From: Bacillota bacterium
GTDB taxonomy: Bacteria > Bacillota > Dethiobacteria > DTU022
Reading direction: 5' to 3'
Assembly (NCBI GenBank): GCA_018400435.1
Contig: JAGYMW010000001.1
Location: 1 to 61,118, forward strand
DNA length: 61,118 nucleotides
Within the stretch, counting starts at the first letter, position 1; every line of letters starts with the position of its first letter. Below are positions 60,734 through 61,118 of the stretch, piece by piece. A program made the translations under genes and the position numbers. The notes beneath the pieces were generated by a model that ran no database searches, was not told the origin of the DNA, and worked only from the letters and a program-made list of their open reading frames with translations.

Positions 60734-61118
60734 GTTTTAAGTCTCCTTCACTTAGAAATAGATCAAAAAGAGGAATTTCCGTCAAACTTCCGTCCCTTTA
60801 TCTCTTTCTAAGCAAGGGCTAAAAGACAGTTTGCGTTATTCACATCTTTTTAACACTTAAATAAACACTATCATACTTTGAAACTCATTGCAATAGCAGA
60901 ATTAATTGAGCTATTTGCGCTGTAGACAAAAATTGCTTTTAAAAAACCAATTAACACCTCATTGCCAGGTAATAACGACAAAATATGTAAGTACGCAGTC
61001 CATTTTAGGCCCTTACATTATCAAAGAGATAGGCAATTCCGGTTTTTGGACACACCACTCCTCTGTCAGGAAAAGATGAACCGTCTTTTCTCAGGCAGAC
61101 TGGACCAGGCTGCGCAAT

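Overview
By eye this 61-kb window is the conserved origin-proximal housekeeping block of a Clostridia-like Firmicute. It has moderate GC, strong GGAGG-type Shine-Dalgarno (SD) sites and many GTG/TTG starts. Gene order: holB(5' partial)-yaaT | abrB(-) | metG-tatD | SCP2(-) | ksgA-ykuK-like-veg | pncA-pncB-ispE-NTP-transferase | spoVG-glmU(short)-prs-ctc-pth | T-box leader-aroF-pheA | fdhA(-, selenocysteine) | mfd-spoVB/murJ-like-mazG-hup-divIC-yabR-tilS-hpt-ftsH | dmpA-like-fhs | folate operon on the minus strand (CPBP-like membrane protein, folE, HD protein, folP, folB, folK) | coaX, small membrane ORF, patatin | PFOR(-) | phoP-phoR-pstSCAB-phoU | alpha/beta hydrolase, REC-REC-PAS-GAF-GAF-HD-GYP protein, BCCT transporter, csp (all minus). 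I found no tRNA, rRNA, CRISPR array, transposase/integrase, phage genes or recognisable defence cluster, and no convincing novel multi-gene system. The window reads as core genome. The best leads are local: (1) an in-frame UGA plus SECIS-like hairpin that joins two called ORFs into one selenocysteine formate dehydrogenase; (2) a glmU lacking roughly its last 120 codons, with a possible frameshifted remnant; (3) a T-box leader, probably Phe-specific, in front of aroF-pheA; (4) an HD-domain gene and a degenerate CPBP-like membrane protein embedded in the folate operon; (5) a roughly 390-nt structured leader in front of a multi-domain HD-GYP regulator; (6) start-codon oddities (yabR with no canonical start, phoP with no SD and an extended -10 abutting the ATG); (7) 11-bp-phased Pho boxes at pstS. 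All product calls come from reading the translations against remembered family motifs. No database search was run. Start codons are inferred from SD spacing. CDS ends include the stop codon.
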